Shown piece after piece: positions 48,483 through 56,299 of a stretch of DNA of 64,000 nucleotides. The stretch lies in the IMG/VR virus record IMGVR_UViG_3300013232_000154. The stretch is one strand, 5' to 3'. Position 1 is the first letter of the stretch. Each line of letters begins with the position of its first letter. The translations under genes and the position numbers were made by a program. Below the pieces are notes generated by a model. The model was not told where the DNA came from. It searched no databases and saw nothing but the letters and a program-made list of their open reading frames with translations. This DNA comes from an uncultured virus (IMG/VR IMGVR_UViG_3300013232_000154) (Duplodnaviria > Heunggongvirae > Uroviricota > Caudoviricetes).

Positions 48483-48785
48483 ATGGATCTTTCTGAGGCC
48501 ATTGACATATGGGAAGGGGTTGCTACTGGCTCGGTCAACCGCCTGGACCCGAGATTCCTAGAATCCATCAGACAGTTCGGCCTGATCCTTGAATGTAAGA
48601 AGAACGACCTGGCTGCGGACGTTTTTGTCCGTTCTGGTCTTTGTTCATCGAAGGGAGACTTCAAGCGCTCCCTTGGCGGGCTTCGGCTCAATGAGTCTCC
48701 AGTTACCATAGACATGACCATTGGCGCGACATCACTGCTCAGAAAAGGAAAGAACTCCGTCGTATTGGCCATCGTAGCCGAGTAG
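48483..48785 (+). CDS. Stand-alone S4-like RNA-binding protein resembling the TyrRS C-terminal domain
   Basis: DVFVRSGLCSSKGDFKR..GGLRLN...LLRKGKN. Confidence 0.7.
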   Translation: MDLSEAIDIWEGVATGSVNRLDPRFLESIRQFGLILECKKNDLAADVFVRSGLCSSKGDFKRSLGGLRLNESPVTIDMTIGATSLLRKGKNSVVLAIVAE

Positions 48786-48840
48786 CGTTTTCAGGTTGAC
48801 AAACGCAGCACTTATCGTACCATCTTGGTGGAGGCATGAG

Positions 48841-49137
48841 ATGAACTGCGAACTCTGCGGGCGGGACGTCCCAAAGGTCACTCGACACCACCTCATCCCC
48901 AAAGCCACCCATACCAAGCGGCTCAAGCGCGAGTTGGGGGACGAGCGGAACGTCCAAGCCGACCTTTGCGTGGCTTGCCATCGTCAGCTTCACTACCTTT
49001 TCGAGAACAAGCTCCTTGGTCGAGAGTTGAACACGCTTGACGCGATCCGTAGGAACGAGGATGTCATCACCTACGTGAAGTGGATCCGAAAGCGGCCAGG
49101 CGACTTCACGCCGAGGAAGGGCGTAAGGAGAAATTAG
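48841..49137 (+). CDS. Small HNH-like protein
   Basis: CELCGR...TRHHLIPK...LCVACHRQLH; promoter TTGACA-N16-TACCAT at 48796. Confidence 0.75.
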   Translation: MNCELCGRDVPKVTRHHLIPKATHTKRLKRELGDERNVQADLCVACHRQLHYLFENKLLGRELNTLDAIRRNEDVITYVKWIRKRPGDFTPRKGVRRN

Positions 49138-49139
49138 TT

Positions 49140-49215
49140 GGGCGTGTAACTCAGTGGCTAGAGTGCGACCCTTACAAGGTCGAAGTCGCAGGTTCGATCC
49201 CTGCCACGCCCACCA
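49140..49215 (+). tRNA. tRNA-Val(UAC)
   Basis: Canonical cloverleaf, CGACC-CTTACAA-GGTCG, CCA. Confidence 0.95.
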
Positions 49216-49228
49216 AAGGGAGACAAGA

Positions 49229-49588
49229 ATGGTTCAATATCCTCCGCCACCGATCGCGTACGAGACCTACTTGATCTGGATGCAAGATTACGACTACGCG
49301 GGAGTCACTCTGGTCGAAGGGCCTCAAGGTGTTGACATCGAAAAGCTGAGGGACGAGTACCATGACACGTGGAAAGCAGCTTTTCGTTCCCACGAGGAAG
49401 CCAGACGCACAGCACGTGAAAAGAAGCTACCAGAACCACCTTCCCCAGAAATTTTGGATCAATACAATAGGCATGTTAGGGAAGTTGCCAACGTCCTATT
49501 CCTTGATGCCCAGACCTACGGATTCGCATGCTGGCTAGTTGACACCAAGGGCTTCAAACACGTCAATGCAAAGCGTGTTTCAATCTAG
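49229..49588 (+). CDS. Hypothetical protein
   Basis: GGGAG RBS. Confidence 0.6.
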   Translation: MVQYPPPPIAYETYLIWMQDYDYAGVTLVEGPQGVDIEKLRDEYHDTWKAAFRSHEEARRTAREKKLPEPPSPEILDQYNRHVREVANVLFLDAQTYGFACWLVDTKGFKHVNAKRVSI

Positions 49589-49637
49589 TTTCCGTGCCGA
49601 CGATGTGGTACAATCAACTCGGACGAGGAGGACGGCC

Positions 49638-49973
49638 ATGGAAGTAAAACCCATCTCCCCGAAAGCCCTCATTGAGGCTCGGAAGAAGCCCGATTTCTTC
49701 CCACCAGAGATCATCGAGGCATTCAACGAGCTGATCGCCAAGAACTTTAACGGACACTCTGCGACGGTGGACCAAGAAGAGGCTCAGGAGTTGGCTATTT
49801 CCAAGATGGCCAAGAACGGACGAAAGATCAGCTCAAAAGACATCTACAATAACGGATGGATGGATATTGAGCCGTTGTTCAGAGACAATGGATGGGAAGT
49901 CGAGTACGACAAGCCTGGATACAACGAGAGTTACGAGGCGTTCTTTGTCTTCACCCCGAAAAGGAAGAAGTGA
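49638..49973 (+). CDS. Hypothetical phage protein
   Basis: GGAGG RBS; GWEVEYDKPGYNESYEA. Confidence 0.65.
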   Translation: MEVKPISPKALIEARKKPDFFPPEIIEAFNELIAKNFNGHSATVDQEEAQELAISKMAKNGRKISSKDIYNNGWMDIEPLFRDNGWEVEYDKPGYNESYEAFFVFTPKRKK

Positions 49974-50526
49974 TACTTGGTTCGGGACAAATACCAGCGA
50001 TATCTCTCCAACACTTGCCTTTAAGCATGGCCACCTTTAGCTGGAATTCTTTATACAACTCTTCAACGTCATTGATCAGACCAGCATGTATCTCTCCGTG
50101 ACAATTGTGACAAACCATAATGCATTTCGAAAGCTCGTTACAAACGTTCTCCATGCTAAGGCTAAGCGCCCTAGAGTCTAGATGTATGTCTTTGTCAAAG
50201 CAGTGATGGAACGTTATGTTTTTGGGTGTTCTTTTATATTTGCATATGATGCACGAGCCACCCAGAAAGTTGACGATAGACATCTTTCTTCTTCTGTTTC
50301 TTTCCGTCACTGGATTTATACCGAGCGCTTTTTTTCTTTTTTCGTAATACCTTTTAGATTTAAGACGGGATGCTTGAACTTTTTCGTCGTCGCTTCTAGG
50401 AGGGTATCTTGGCGCTCCCCAAGGCTGGCATTTCAAGCATCTCCTTCTGTTTCCCATGTTCTTGAGAACGCCATCTATCTTGTTCCACGTCTTGAACTTC
50501 TCCCCGCAAACAGTACATGTAGGCAT
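49951..50526 (-). CDS. HNH homing endonuclease
   Basis: CIICKY...FHH...ELSKCIMVCHNCHGEIH; same family as 43242-43940. Confidence 0.8.
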   Translation of the reverse strand: MPTCTVCGEKFKTWNKIDGVLKNMGNRRRCLKCQPWGAPRYPPRSDDEKVQASRLKSKRYYEKRKKALGINPVTERNRRRKMSIVNFLGGSCIICKYKRTPKNITFHHCFDKDIHLDSRALSLSMENVCNELSKCIMVCHNCHGEIHAGLINDVEELYKEFQLKVAMLKGKCWRDIAGICPEPSITSSFSG

Positions 50527-50564
50527 TGTGGTTTCTCCTAGCACGTAATTCTGCGGTGATATGC

Positions 50565-50592
50565 TTGACTCCTTCTCACTTTTTGGTATCAT
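50565..50592 (+). promoter_or_regulatory. Sigma70-type promoter for the intron-containing tRNA
   Basis: TTGACT-N16-TATCAT. Confidence 0.6.
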
Positions 50593-50609
50593 TCAATATG
50601 GTTGCGGTT

Positions 50610-50874
50610 GGTCCCGTAACTCAGCGGTGAGAGTAGGTGACTTAGGAAACTGGGTCCGCTTAATGGGAACATTAAGTGATAATCTGCCAAATTCGGTGAA
50701 CCCTGTAAAATGGCAACGCCGAGCCAAGCCCCAAAAGGGAAGGTGTAGAGACTAGACGGCAGACATCCAGTACGGATGAAGGCATAGTCCAGACCACGAA
50801 CCGAAAGGGCGGCAAAAGCCGAAGTGGTAAGCATAATCACTTAGTCGCAGGTTCGAATCCTGCCGGGACCACCA
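50610..50874 (+). tRNA. tRNA(CAU), probably Ile2 (lysidine type), interrupted by a group I intron
   Basis: Exons 50610-50642 and 50832-50874 give GGTGA-CTCATAA-TCACT and GGTCCCG/CGGGACC-A-CCA; resembles bacterial Ile2 tRNAs. Confidence 0.85.
50643..50831 (+). mobile_element. Group I intron (189 nt, no ORF)
   Basis: P1 GACTTAG/CTGGGTC with U.G at the splice site; P AATTCGGTGAA, Q AACGCCGAGC, R GTAGAGACTA, S AAGGCATAGTCC; terminal G. Confidence 0.9.
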
Positions 50875-50891
50875 ATTTCAAGGAGATCGAC

Positions 50892-51047
50892 ATGGGCAGG
50901 CTCGTTGAGTCAGAAGAGTATGACCCAGAAATACATTGGAGGTTCTTGGGATTCTTGATCGACAAGAAGGCAGCAAAAATCAGCATCCCGATCATCATCG
51001 TCGTGGACGGCATCATAATTTTCCTTCATTATGCTGGACTCATTTAA
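50892..51047 (+). CDS. Small membrane protein (51 aa)
   Basis: AGGAG RBS; hydrophobic C-terminus ISIPIIIVVDGIIIFLHYAGLI. Confidence 0.5.
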   Translation: MGRLVESEEYDPEIHWRFLGFLIDKKAAKISIPIIIVVDGIIIFLHYAGLI

Positions 51048-51114
51048 GCGGTCTTCGGATTTGAGTTGATTTTCCATTCTCTCTCGATAGACTGTGCTTT
51101 GGAGGAACAAACTC

Positions 51115-51378
51115 ATGGGTAAGCATGCAAACAAGTCTGCTGGTGACGAGAAGACGAAGATCGTCTTCGCAACGGTGACGAAAGAAGTTGGCGAAGGCGA
51201 TGCCAAGCAAACCTTCACCTTGAAGTACGACGAGGGAACCGAGCGGTTCAGTCTAAAGAAGGACAACTCGCTGCTCGTCTCGAGTTGCAACTTGAACGAT
51301 TGCGTTTTGACAGCGGAAACGCACAAGATTAGCTTCTCCGCCGAGGAGAAGAAGATTGGCTACAAGCCGATCAAGTGA
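51115..51378 (+). CDS. Hypothetical protein
   Basis: GGAGG RBS. Confidence 0.6.
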   Translation: MGKHANKSAGDEKTKIVFATVTKEVGEGDAKQTFTLKYDEGTERFSLKKDNSLLVSSCNLNDCVLTAETHKISFSAEEKKIGYKPIK

Positions 51379-51638
51379 TGAAACAAAAGCCCCCAACCTT
51401 AAAAAGCGAGTTGGAACTCATCGAGATGGTGAGGCAACTCTGCTACAAGAACCACGTCGAGATGATGAAGAAGTCTGGTGGTGGTGGCGCGGCAATCTGC
51501 GCATGCGGGCATGGGTGTGGACGTCCCCTCGAATGCGCTGGCTTGCAGATCCTCTTGGACGCATACGAACGAGACCGAGTCCATCAAGCTACTTTGTTGG
51601 CTGAGGCGAAGGCCAACAGACCGCTACGTCATCTTTAA
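51375..51638 (+). CDS. Hypothetical Cys-rich protein
   Basis: ORF in chain. Confidence 0.5.
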   Translation: MMKQKPPTLKSELELIEMVRQLCYKNHVEMMKKSGGGGAAICACGHGCGRPLECAGLQILLDAYERDRVHQATLLAEAKANRPLRHL

Positions 51639-51651
51639 TCAAGGAGGACGC

Positions 51652-52302
51652 ATGTTTAGGCGAACGTTCTTCAAGACGATTGCCGCTGGTTTGGCTGGTC
51701 TTGGCCTAGGCTTATCTGCCAAAGAAAAGCCGCCAGAAGGCGAGCCAATCCTTCACGACAGCCATCAGTGGCCACATTACGATTTGCCTGGCGGTCGGTC
51801 TCGGTGGTACAAACAACTTGTTGATTGGGACGACCAGGCTAGTCGTCAAGGACGCGACGTCACTTACCTCTACGCTCCAGAGTATGCCATGACATTCGTT
51901 ACGCTTGGAAAGCGTCCAAGCAAAGACGATCCCATTTACATCTTTGTCGGAGATGATCGGCGCTTGATTCTTATGGACCATGCTTGGCCAGGATGGTACA
52001 ACATGTATCATGGAGCTTGTGGATGCGAACAGCATGTTCCAACATGCGCCGTGACCAAGGACAAGGTACTCTCTACGCTTCTCGAGACGCCAGTCGACAG
52101 GAAATGCATCTACTTGTACAAGCGTGGAGATAACGAGTGGGGAGGCCTTGCCACGCCGACGCCCATAAATTTCTCCGAGTTGCGAGAGAACGTCAAAGTA
52201 GGCGTTACCAAGACGGCCCTTTTGTGGGCATGCAGAAACAAAACCATGACATTCGGCCATCACTGGTCTGCTAATATCCACGTTTCCAATGCTAGGAGCT
52301 AG
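51652..52302 (+). CDS. Hypothetical protein with twin-arginine-like N-terminus
   Basis: MFRRTFFKTIAAGLAGLGLGLSA; GGAGG RBS. Confidence 0.65.
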   Translation: MFRRTFFKTIAAGLAGLGLGLSAKEKPPEGEPILHDSHQWPHYDLPGGRSRWYKQLVDWDDQASRQGRDVTYLYAPEYAMTFVTLGKRPSKDDPIYIFVGDDRRLILMDHAWPGWYNMYHGACGCEQHVPTCAVTKDKVLSTLLETPVDRKCIYLYKRGDNEWGGLATPTPINFSELRENVKVGVTKTALLWACRNKTMTFGHHWSANIHVSNARS

Positions 52303-52304
52303 CT

Positions 52305-52754
52305 GTGGAAATAGTCATTTCTGGGGTTAAAGCTTGCAGTCCCCATGGATACTACTTGACTGGTTTACATAAACCACGAGTTGAAAAGGGAACTATCGGC
52401 GTAAAAATGGTATGTGGTCGTTTCTGTTACGTGATCTGGGAAAAATACGTTGGAGGAAGTGGAGAGTTCTATGGGCCACCAACTGGACAGCCTGGGGCAG
52501 AGTGGTACGCTTATGATCTGCCAATCCCCGAATCGTGCATGGAGCCATTCCCCCTTAAGGATGCCATCTTCGCCATCTCTAAAAACAAGGACGCTCAAGC
52601 TCAATGCAGGATGAGAAAGGAAGAACTGAGCAACATGTCATCGGCCTTGATCAAAGAATACGATGAGTGGCTTGGTTTTTTGAGTGAAAAGGAATTCTGT
52701 GAGCAAGACTACATACATTTTGGGATGAAGAAAAAATGCCAACCAAAGCAATGA
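52305..52754 (+). CDS. Hypothetical protein
   Basis: ORF in chain. Confidence 0.55.
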   Translation: MEIVISGVKACSPHGYYLTGLHKPRVEKGTIGVKMVCGRFCYVIWEKYVGGSGEFYGPPTGQPGAEWYAYDLPIPESCMEPFPLKDAIFAISKNKDAQAQCRMRKEELSNMSSALIKEYDEWLGFLSEKEFCEQDYIHFGMKKKCQPKQ

Positions 52755-53104
52755 CGGCGGAGCAAGTTGCCCACCTTACCCAGTTCGTCCAGCCGTACTG
52801 GCATGACGAGACAAAATGCGCTGCCGAGGTGGCCATGGGTGTCATCGAGAAACAGCAAACCGAGATTGCAGCGCTTCGATCCCTGCTTGAGAAAGCCGAG
52901 GACGACTCTGTGTTCTGGCGAAGACAAGTCGCCAAGCTAAGGCAACATCTTGAGCAGATCAAGTACGTGTTGGGAGACCAACCGTCTGCCGACAAGGTCC
53001 TTGACACCATGCGAGTGGTTCACGACAACGCAAAGCTGACCGAGTTCGTCGGGAAGGCGCTCATGGATACCTACGAGCGAAACGTCAAGCCAAAGCCAGA
53101 ATGA
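52736..53104 (+). CDS. Hypothetical coiled-coil protein
   Basis: ORF in chain. Confidence 0.6.
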   Translation: MPTKAMTAEQVAHLTQFVQPYWHDETKCAAEVAMGVIEKQQTEIAALRSLLEKAEDDSVFWRRQVAKLRQHLEQIKYVLGDQPSADKVLDTMRVVHDNAKLTEFVGKALMDTYERNVKPKPE

Positions 53105-53182
53105 CGCACGATTAAATCAGCACCGTTTTTAACTTGAAGAACCATCGTCCTCCCGTATAACTATGACTGGGAGGAAGTTCCA

Positions 53183-53545
53183 ATGTCCATTGAAGAAGAA
53201 GTCCAATCACAAATTGAGATGTGTTCTCGTTGTTGTTTGCATCCGAACGACCTTGTCCACAAGGACATGGTAAAGAAGGTTCTTGCGTGGTGGGATTCTG
53301 CTGGAGATTACGCCGCAGGAACCGAAAGGGATGGATACGTCATCTTCGAAACTGATGATGGTAAGTTTGCGGTCTTCGAGGACGGCGAGGACTACACTGG
53401 ACACGGATGTCAATGCAACTCCATCTTGTCGGTTTTTGATACCTACTCGGACGCGCTCGTCCTTGGACTGACCGAATCCCAGGCCAAGAATCTCAAGCTT
53501 GAAGACGACCGTTTGAGGGCCTTGGCGGCAAGGGCTGGCGAATGA
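53183..53545 (+). CDS. Hypothetical protein
   Basis: GGAGG RBS; DYTGHGCQC; promoter TTGAAG-N16-TATAAC at 53134. Confidence 0.65.
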   Translation: MSIEEEVQSQIEMCSRCCLHPNDLVHKDMVKKVLAWWDSAGDYAAGTERDGYVIFETDDGKFAVFEDGEDYTGHGCQCNSILSVFDTYSDALVLGLTESQAKNLKLEDDRLRALAARAGE

Positions 53546-55503
53546 AGAAGGTATACTATAACGACAACGACAAGGGATCTTGCGCGTGGCTCAGGCAACT
53601 CATCAAGGATGGGCTGATCCCAGATGGCGACGTCGATGATCGCAGCATTCTAGAGGTAAAAGGAGACGACGTCCGTGGGTACACGCAAGCGCACTTCTTC
53701 GCTGGAATCGGCGGATGGGTACATGCCCTCGCCCTTTCTGGATGGCCTGGAGATCGAAGAATCTGGACAGGAAGCTGCCCATGTCAGCCGTTTTCCTGCG
53801 CCGGGAAAGGGCAAGGAGAAAAAGACAAGCGCCACCTCTGGCCAGAGTTCCGAAGGCTCATCGAAGAGTGTCGCCCTCCAGAAGTCTTTGGGGAGCAAGT
53901 TGCGGCGAAGGCTGGCCGTCTATGGCTCTCCAGAGTACGAATTGACCTGGAAGAAATGGGATATGCAGTCGGGGCCAGCGATTTGTGCGCTGCGGGCGTC
54001 GGCTCGCCGCATATCAGACAACGCCTCTACTGGTGCGCCAGACACGACGGGATGGCCAACCCCGAACACGATGGGAGGCGGTCAGACCTCGAGGGGCGGG
54101 GACAGGAAGGACGAGCTCCTGATGGGGGGCTTGGTGAAGCCGCCAGAGGACGACGGGACGCTGAGCAGCGCGTTGAAGATGGCGGGGTGGCCGACTCCAG
54201 CGGCCAACAAGTTCGAGCAGGACATGGATCGCGTATGGGAGCGTCGGAAGGAGCAGAAGGCTCTAGGGCGGAACGGGAACGGGTTCGGCTTGACGCTGGG
54301 AATGGCGTCGACGCTGGCGGGGTGGCCGACACCGATCGTGAACGACGAGTTGGGGAGTACTCATTGCTACGGCAAGAAGGACAAGAACGGGGATCGAAAG
54401 AGGTTCCTGAAGCTCCCAGGGGCCGCAAAGACGGCGGGATGGCCGACTCCGAATGTACCGAACGGGGGGCGGACGACGAACGTGGGAGGATACACGGAGG
54501 ACGGGAAGAAGATCCAAGCGGACCTCGGGGCGGTGGCGAAGACGGCGGGATGGCCAACGCCGAAGGCCCAGGAGGACGGACGGAGCGTGGAGCAATGGAA
54601 GGAGTTCCACGACAAGAATCCGAGGGCGAACAGCAGCGGGGGGCCTCCAGGGCTGAACTTGCAAGTGGCAGCGCAACTCGCCGCTTCACCAACTGGGACG
54701 ACTCCAAGTGGCACGAATGCCAAGACGGGCGGAAAAGAAGGATACCGACTGAACCCACGATTTTCACTTTGGCTACAAGGATATCCATTGGCTTGGACGA
54801 CCTCTGGAGAGAAAGCGTTAAAAAAGTCGAAAGGAACGAATTAATCAATGGCGCATCCGAGGAAACCAGACCCCCAGAAGGAATGCTGTCAGTGCGGAAC
54901 AACCCTTCAGAGGAAGAGAATCAACGGGACGCTCGAGGATATGGGAGCGTTTCTGAAGAGAAAATACTGCGACAGAATGTGCATGTCGCTGGCTTACTCA
55001 AAAATGAGAACTCCGTCGCCGAAGGCGAGCAGAAAACAAGCTCACAAACTTGTGAAAACGACATGCTCAAAATGCGGAGGAGTCACAACAAAGATGCATG
55101 TCCATCATATGGACGAAAATCCAATGAACAACTCTCCAGAGAACTTGAAGACACTTTGTTCATCTTGTCACAAGAAACATCATCTGCAAGTGTGGAGGGA
55201 TGCCCATCCGCCACGTTATTGTCTGCATTGTACGAAGTATGCAAAGAAAAGGGGAATGTGTCAGAAACACTATCAACGCTGGAAGAAATATGGAGATCCA
55301 TTAACGACAAAGAAAAGGGAAAATGGAACCCCGAACAGTTATATTATTGTACAAAACGCATCATGAAGTACTCACTTTTCCCTATGGCTAATGGGATACC
55401 CAGCGGAAGAGTGGGCCTCCTCAGGGGTGCAGGCAATGCAATCTGCCCAGAAATTGCGGCGGAATTCGTGATGGCGTACATGGAGGCAGCTAATGAGCTT
55501 TGA
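53542..55503 (+). CDS. C5-cytosine DNA methyltransferase with long low-complexity insert
   Basis: FFAGIGG (I), GSCPCQPFS (IV), GEQV (VI), PHIRQRLY (VIII), LRGAGNAI (X). Confidence 0.85.
   Translation: MKKVYYNDNDKGSCAWLRQLIKDGLIPDGDVDDRSILEVKGDDVRGYTQAHFFAGIGGWVHALALSGWPGDRRIWTGSCPCQPFSCAGKGQGEKDKRHLWPEFRRLIEECRPPEVFGEQVAAKAGRLWLSRVRIDLEEMGYAVGASDLCAAGVGSPHIRQRLYWCARHDGMANPEHDGRRSDLEGRGQEGRAPDGGLGEAARGRRDAEQRVEDGGVADSSGQQVRAGHGSRMGASEGAEGSRAERERVRLDAGNGVDAGGVADTDRERRVGEYSLLRQEGQERGSKEVPEAPRGRKDGGMADSECTERGADDERGRIHGGREEDPSGPRGGGEDGGMANAEGPGGRTERGAMEGVPRQESEGEQQRGASRAELASGSATRRFTNWDDSKWHECQDGRKRRIPTEPTIFTLATRISIGLDDLWRESVKKVERNELINGASEETRPPEGMLSVRNNPSEEENQRDARGYGSVSEEKILRQNVHVAGLLKNENSVAEGEQKTSSQTCENDMLKMRRSHNKDACPSYGRKSNEQLSRELEDTLFILSQETSSASVEGCPSATLLSALYEVCKEKGNVSETLSTLEEIWRSINDKEKGKWNPEQLYYCTKRIMKYSLFPMANGIPSGRVGLLRGAGNAICPEIAAEFVMAYMEAANEL
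53675..54844 (+). CDS. Overprinted ORF with five GWPTP repeats (start uncertain)
   Basis: GWPTP x5; ends RLNPRFSLWLQGYP, resembling MTase motif IX. Confidence 0.65.
   Translation: MGTRKRTSSLESADGYMPSPFLDGLEIEESGQEAAHVSRFPAPGKGKEKKTSATSGQSSEGSSKSVALQKSLGSKLRRRLAVYGSPEYELTWKKWDMQSGPAICALRASARRISDNASTGAPDTTGWPTPNTMGGGQTSRGGDRKDELLMGGLVKPPEDDGTLSSALKMAGWPTPAANKFEQDMDRVWERRKEQKALGRNGNGFGLTLGMASTLAGWPTPIVNDELGSTHCYGKKDKNGDRKRFLKLPGAAKTAGWPTPNVPNGGRTTNVGGYTEDGKKIQADLGAVAKTAGWPTPKAQEDGRSVEQWKEFHDKNPRANSSGGPPGLNLQVAAQLAASPTGTTPSGTNAKTGGKEGYRLNPRFSLWLQGYPLAWTTSGEKALKKSKGTN
54848..55366 (+). CDS. HNH endonuclease nested within the MTase ORF in another frame
   Basis: CSKCG...HVHHMDENPMNNSPENLKTLCSSCHKKHH. 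Confidence 0.85.
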   Translation: MAHPRKPDPQKECCQCGTTLQRKRINGTLEDMGAFLKRKYCDRMCMSLAYSKMRTPSPKASRKQAHKLVKTTCSKCGGVTTKMHVHHMDENPMNNSPENLKTLCSSCHKKHHLQVWRDAHPPRYCLHCTKYAKKRGMCQKHYQRWKKYGDPLTTKKRENGTPNSYIIVQNAS

Positions 55504-56035
55504 ACTATTGGGGTTCGTTGCCAACGAGCCCATAACCGAGAAGCCTAGTGACAGGCCAACTTGCCCGTATTGCGGAAGTACGGACATTGAGAGGAGCGCT
55601 GCGTACCAGACGCTGGTTGCTGGATCCAAGGACATTGACAAAGACTGCAACCATCACTGGGATCATTACACTTGCCATTCATGCAAGAAGCTGTGCATCC
55701 GAGAGTATAGAGAGGGCAAGGTCTGGTACACGTACGAACAGAAGGTTCTTCGTGGCGTCCCCAACTGCTTCGAGAACTACGTTTACAAATGCAAGTGTGG
55801 AGGGGACGTCTACCGTCGCGACTCTAACGATAGGTACTTGTTCGAATGTGACAGATGCAAGGCCAGCATGGCTACAGAAAACGAGTATCCAGGTGGCCCA
55901 AAGCATAAACCAGGCATCATCGAGGTCGACGCAAGCATCGCCAGAAAGCTACGCCTAGGATGGACGATACAAGAGGAAGTCGGCGAGGTCATCATCAATG
56001 ACTATGCTATAGCGAAGGTCAAGGTGGATCCATGA
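55493..56035 (+). CDS. Multi-zinc-ribbon hypothetical protein
   Basis: CPYC, CHSC, CKC, CDRC. Confidence 0.65.
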   Translation: MSFELLGFVANEPITEKPSDRPTCPYCGSTDIERSAAYQTLVAGSKDIDKDCNHHWDHYTCHSCKKLCIREYREGKVWYTYEQKVLRGVPNCFENYVYKCKCGGDVYRRDSNDRYLFECDRCKASMATENEYPGGPKHKPGIIEVDASIARKLRLGWTIQEEVGEVIINDYAIAKVKVDP

Positions 56036-56271
56036 GCGATTATCACCGTCAATGCAAGGTGTCCCGCCAGAAGAATGGAAATGTTGAGGTCTTGGTGACG
56101 TGGCTTCCAGAAGAGTTCGCGAGGGTCGGAAAGGTTCTTGAGTTGGAGATGGAGCCTGGCGTATGGGAGAACGGATGGGCCGTTTGCGAGGTTCATGCAC
56201 GCAAGAAGACCAAGGAAGTTGTCGAGCGTTCTCGGGATCACTTGAAAAACAGAAGCGCTTCGGACGTCTGA
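56032..56271 (+). CDS. Hypothetical protein
   Basis: ATGA overlap. Confidence 0.55.
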   Translation: MSDYHRQCKVSRQKNGNVEVLVTWLPEEFARVGKVLELEMEPGVWENGWAVCEVHARKKTKEVVERSRDHLKNRSASDV

Positions 56272-56299
56272 TCTGTCTGACGTTATTCTGAATTACGTC

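Noticed and set aside
50589..50840. ORFs within the group I intron region
   Set aside because: Short translations of structured RNA; no endonuclease motifs.
54040..54570. GGCGGG(A/G)TGGCC(G/A)AC repeats as a CRISPR or DGR element
   Set aside because: Degenerate, irregularly spaced and in-frame coding repeats (GWPTP); no reverse transcriptase in the window.
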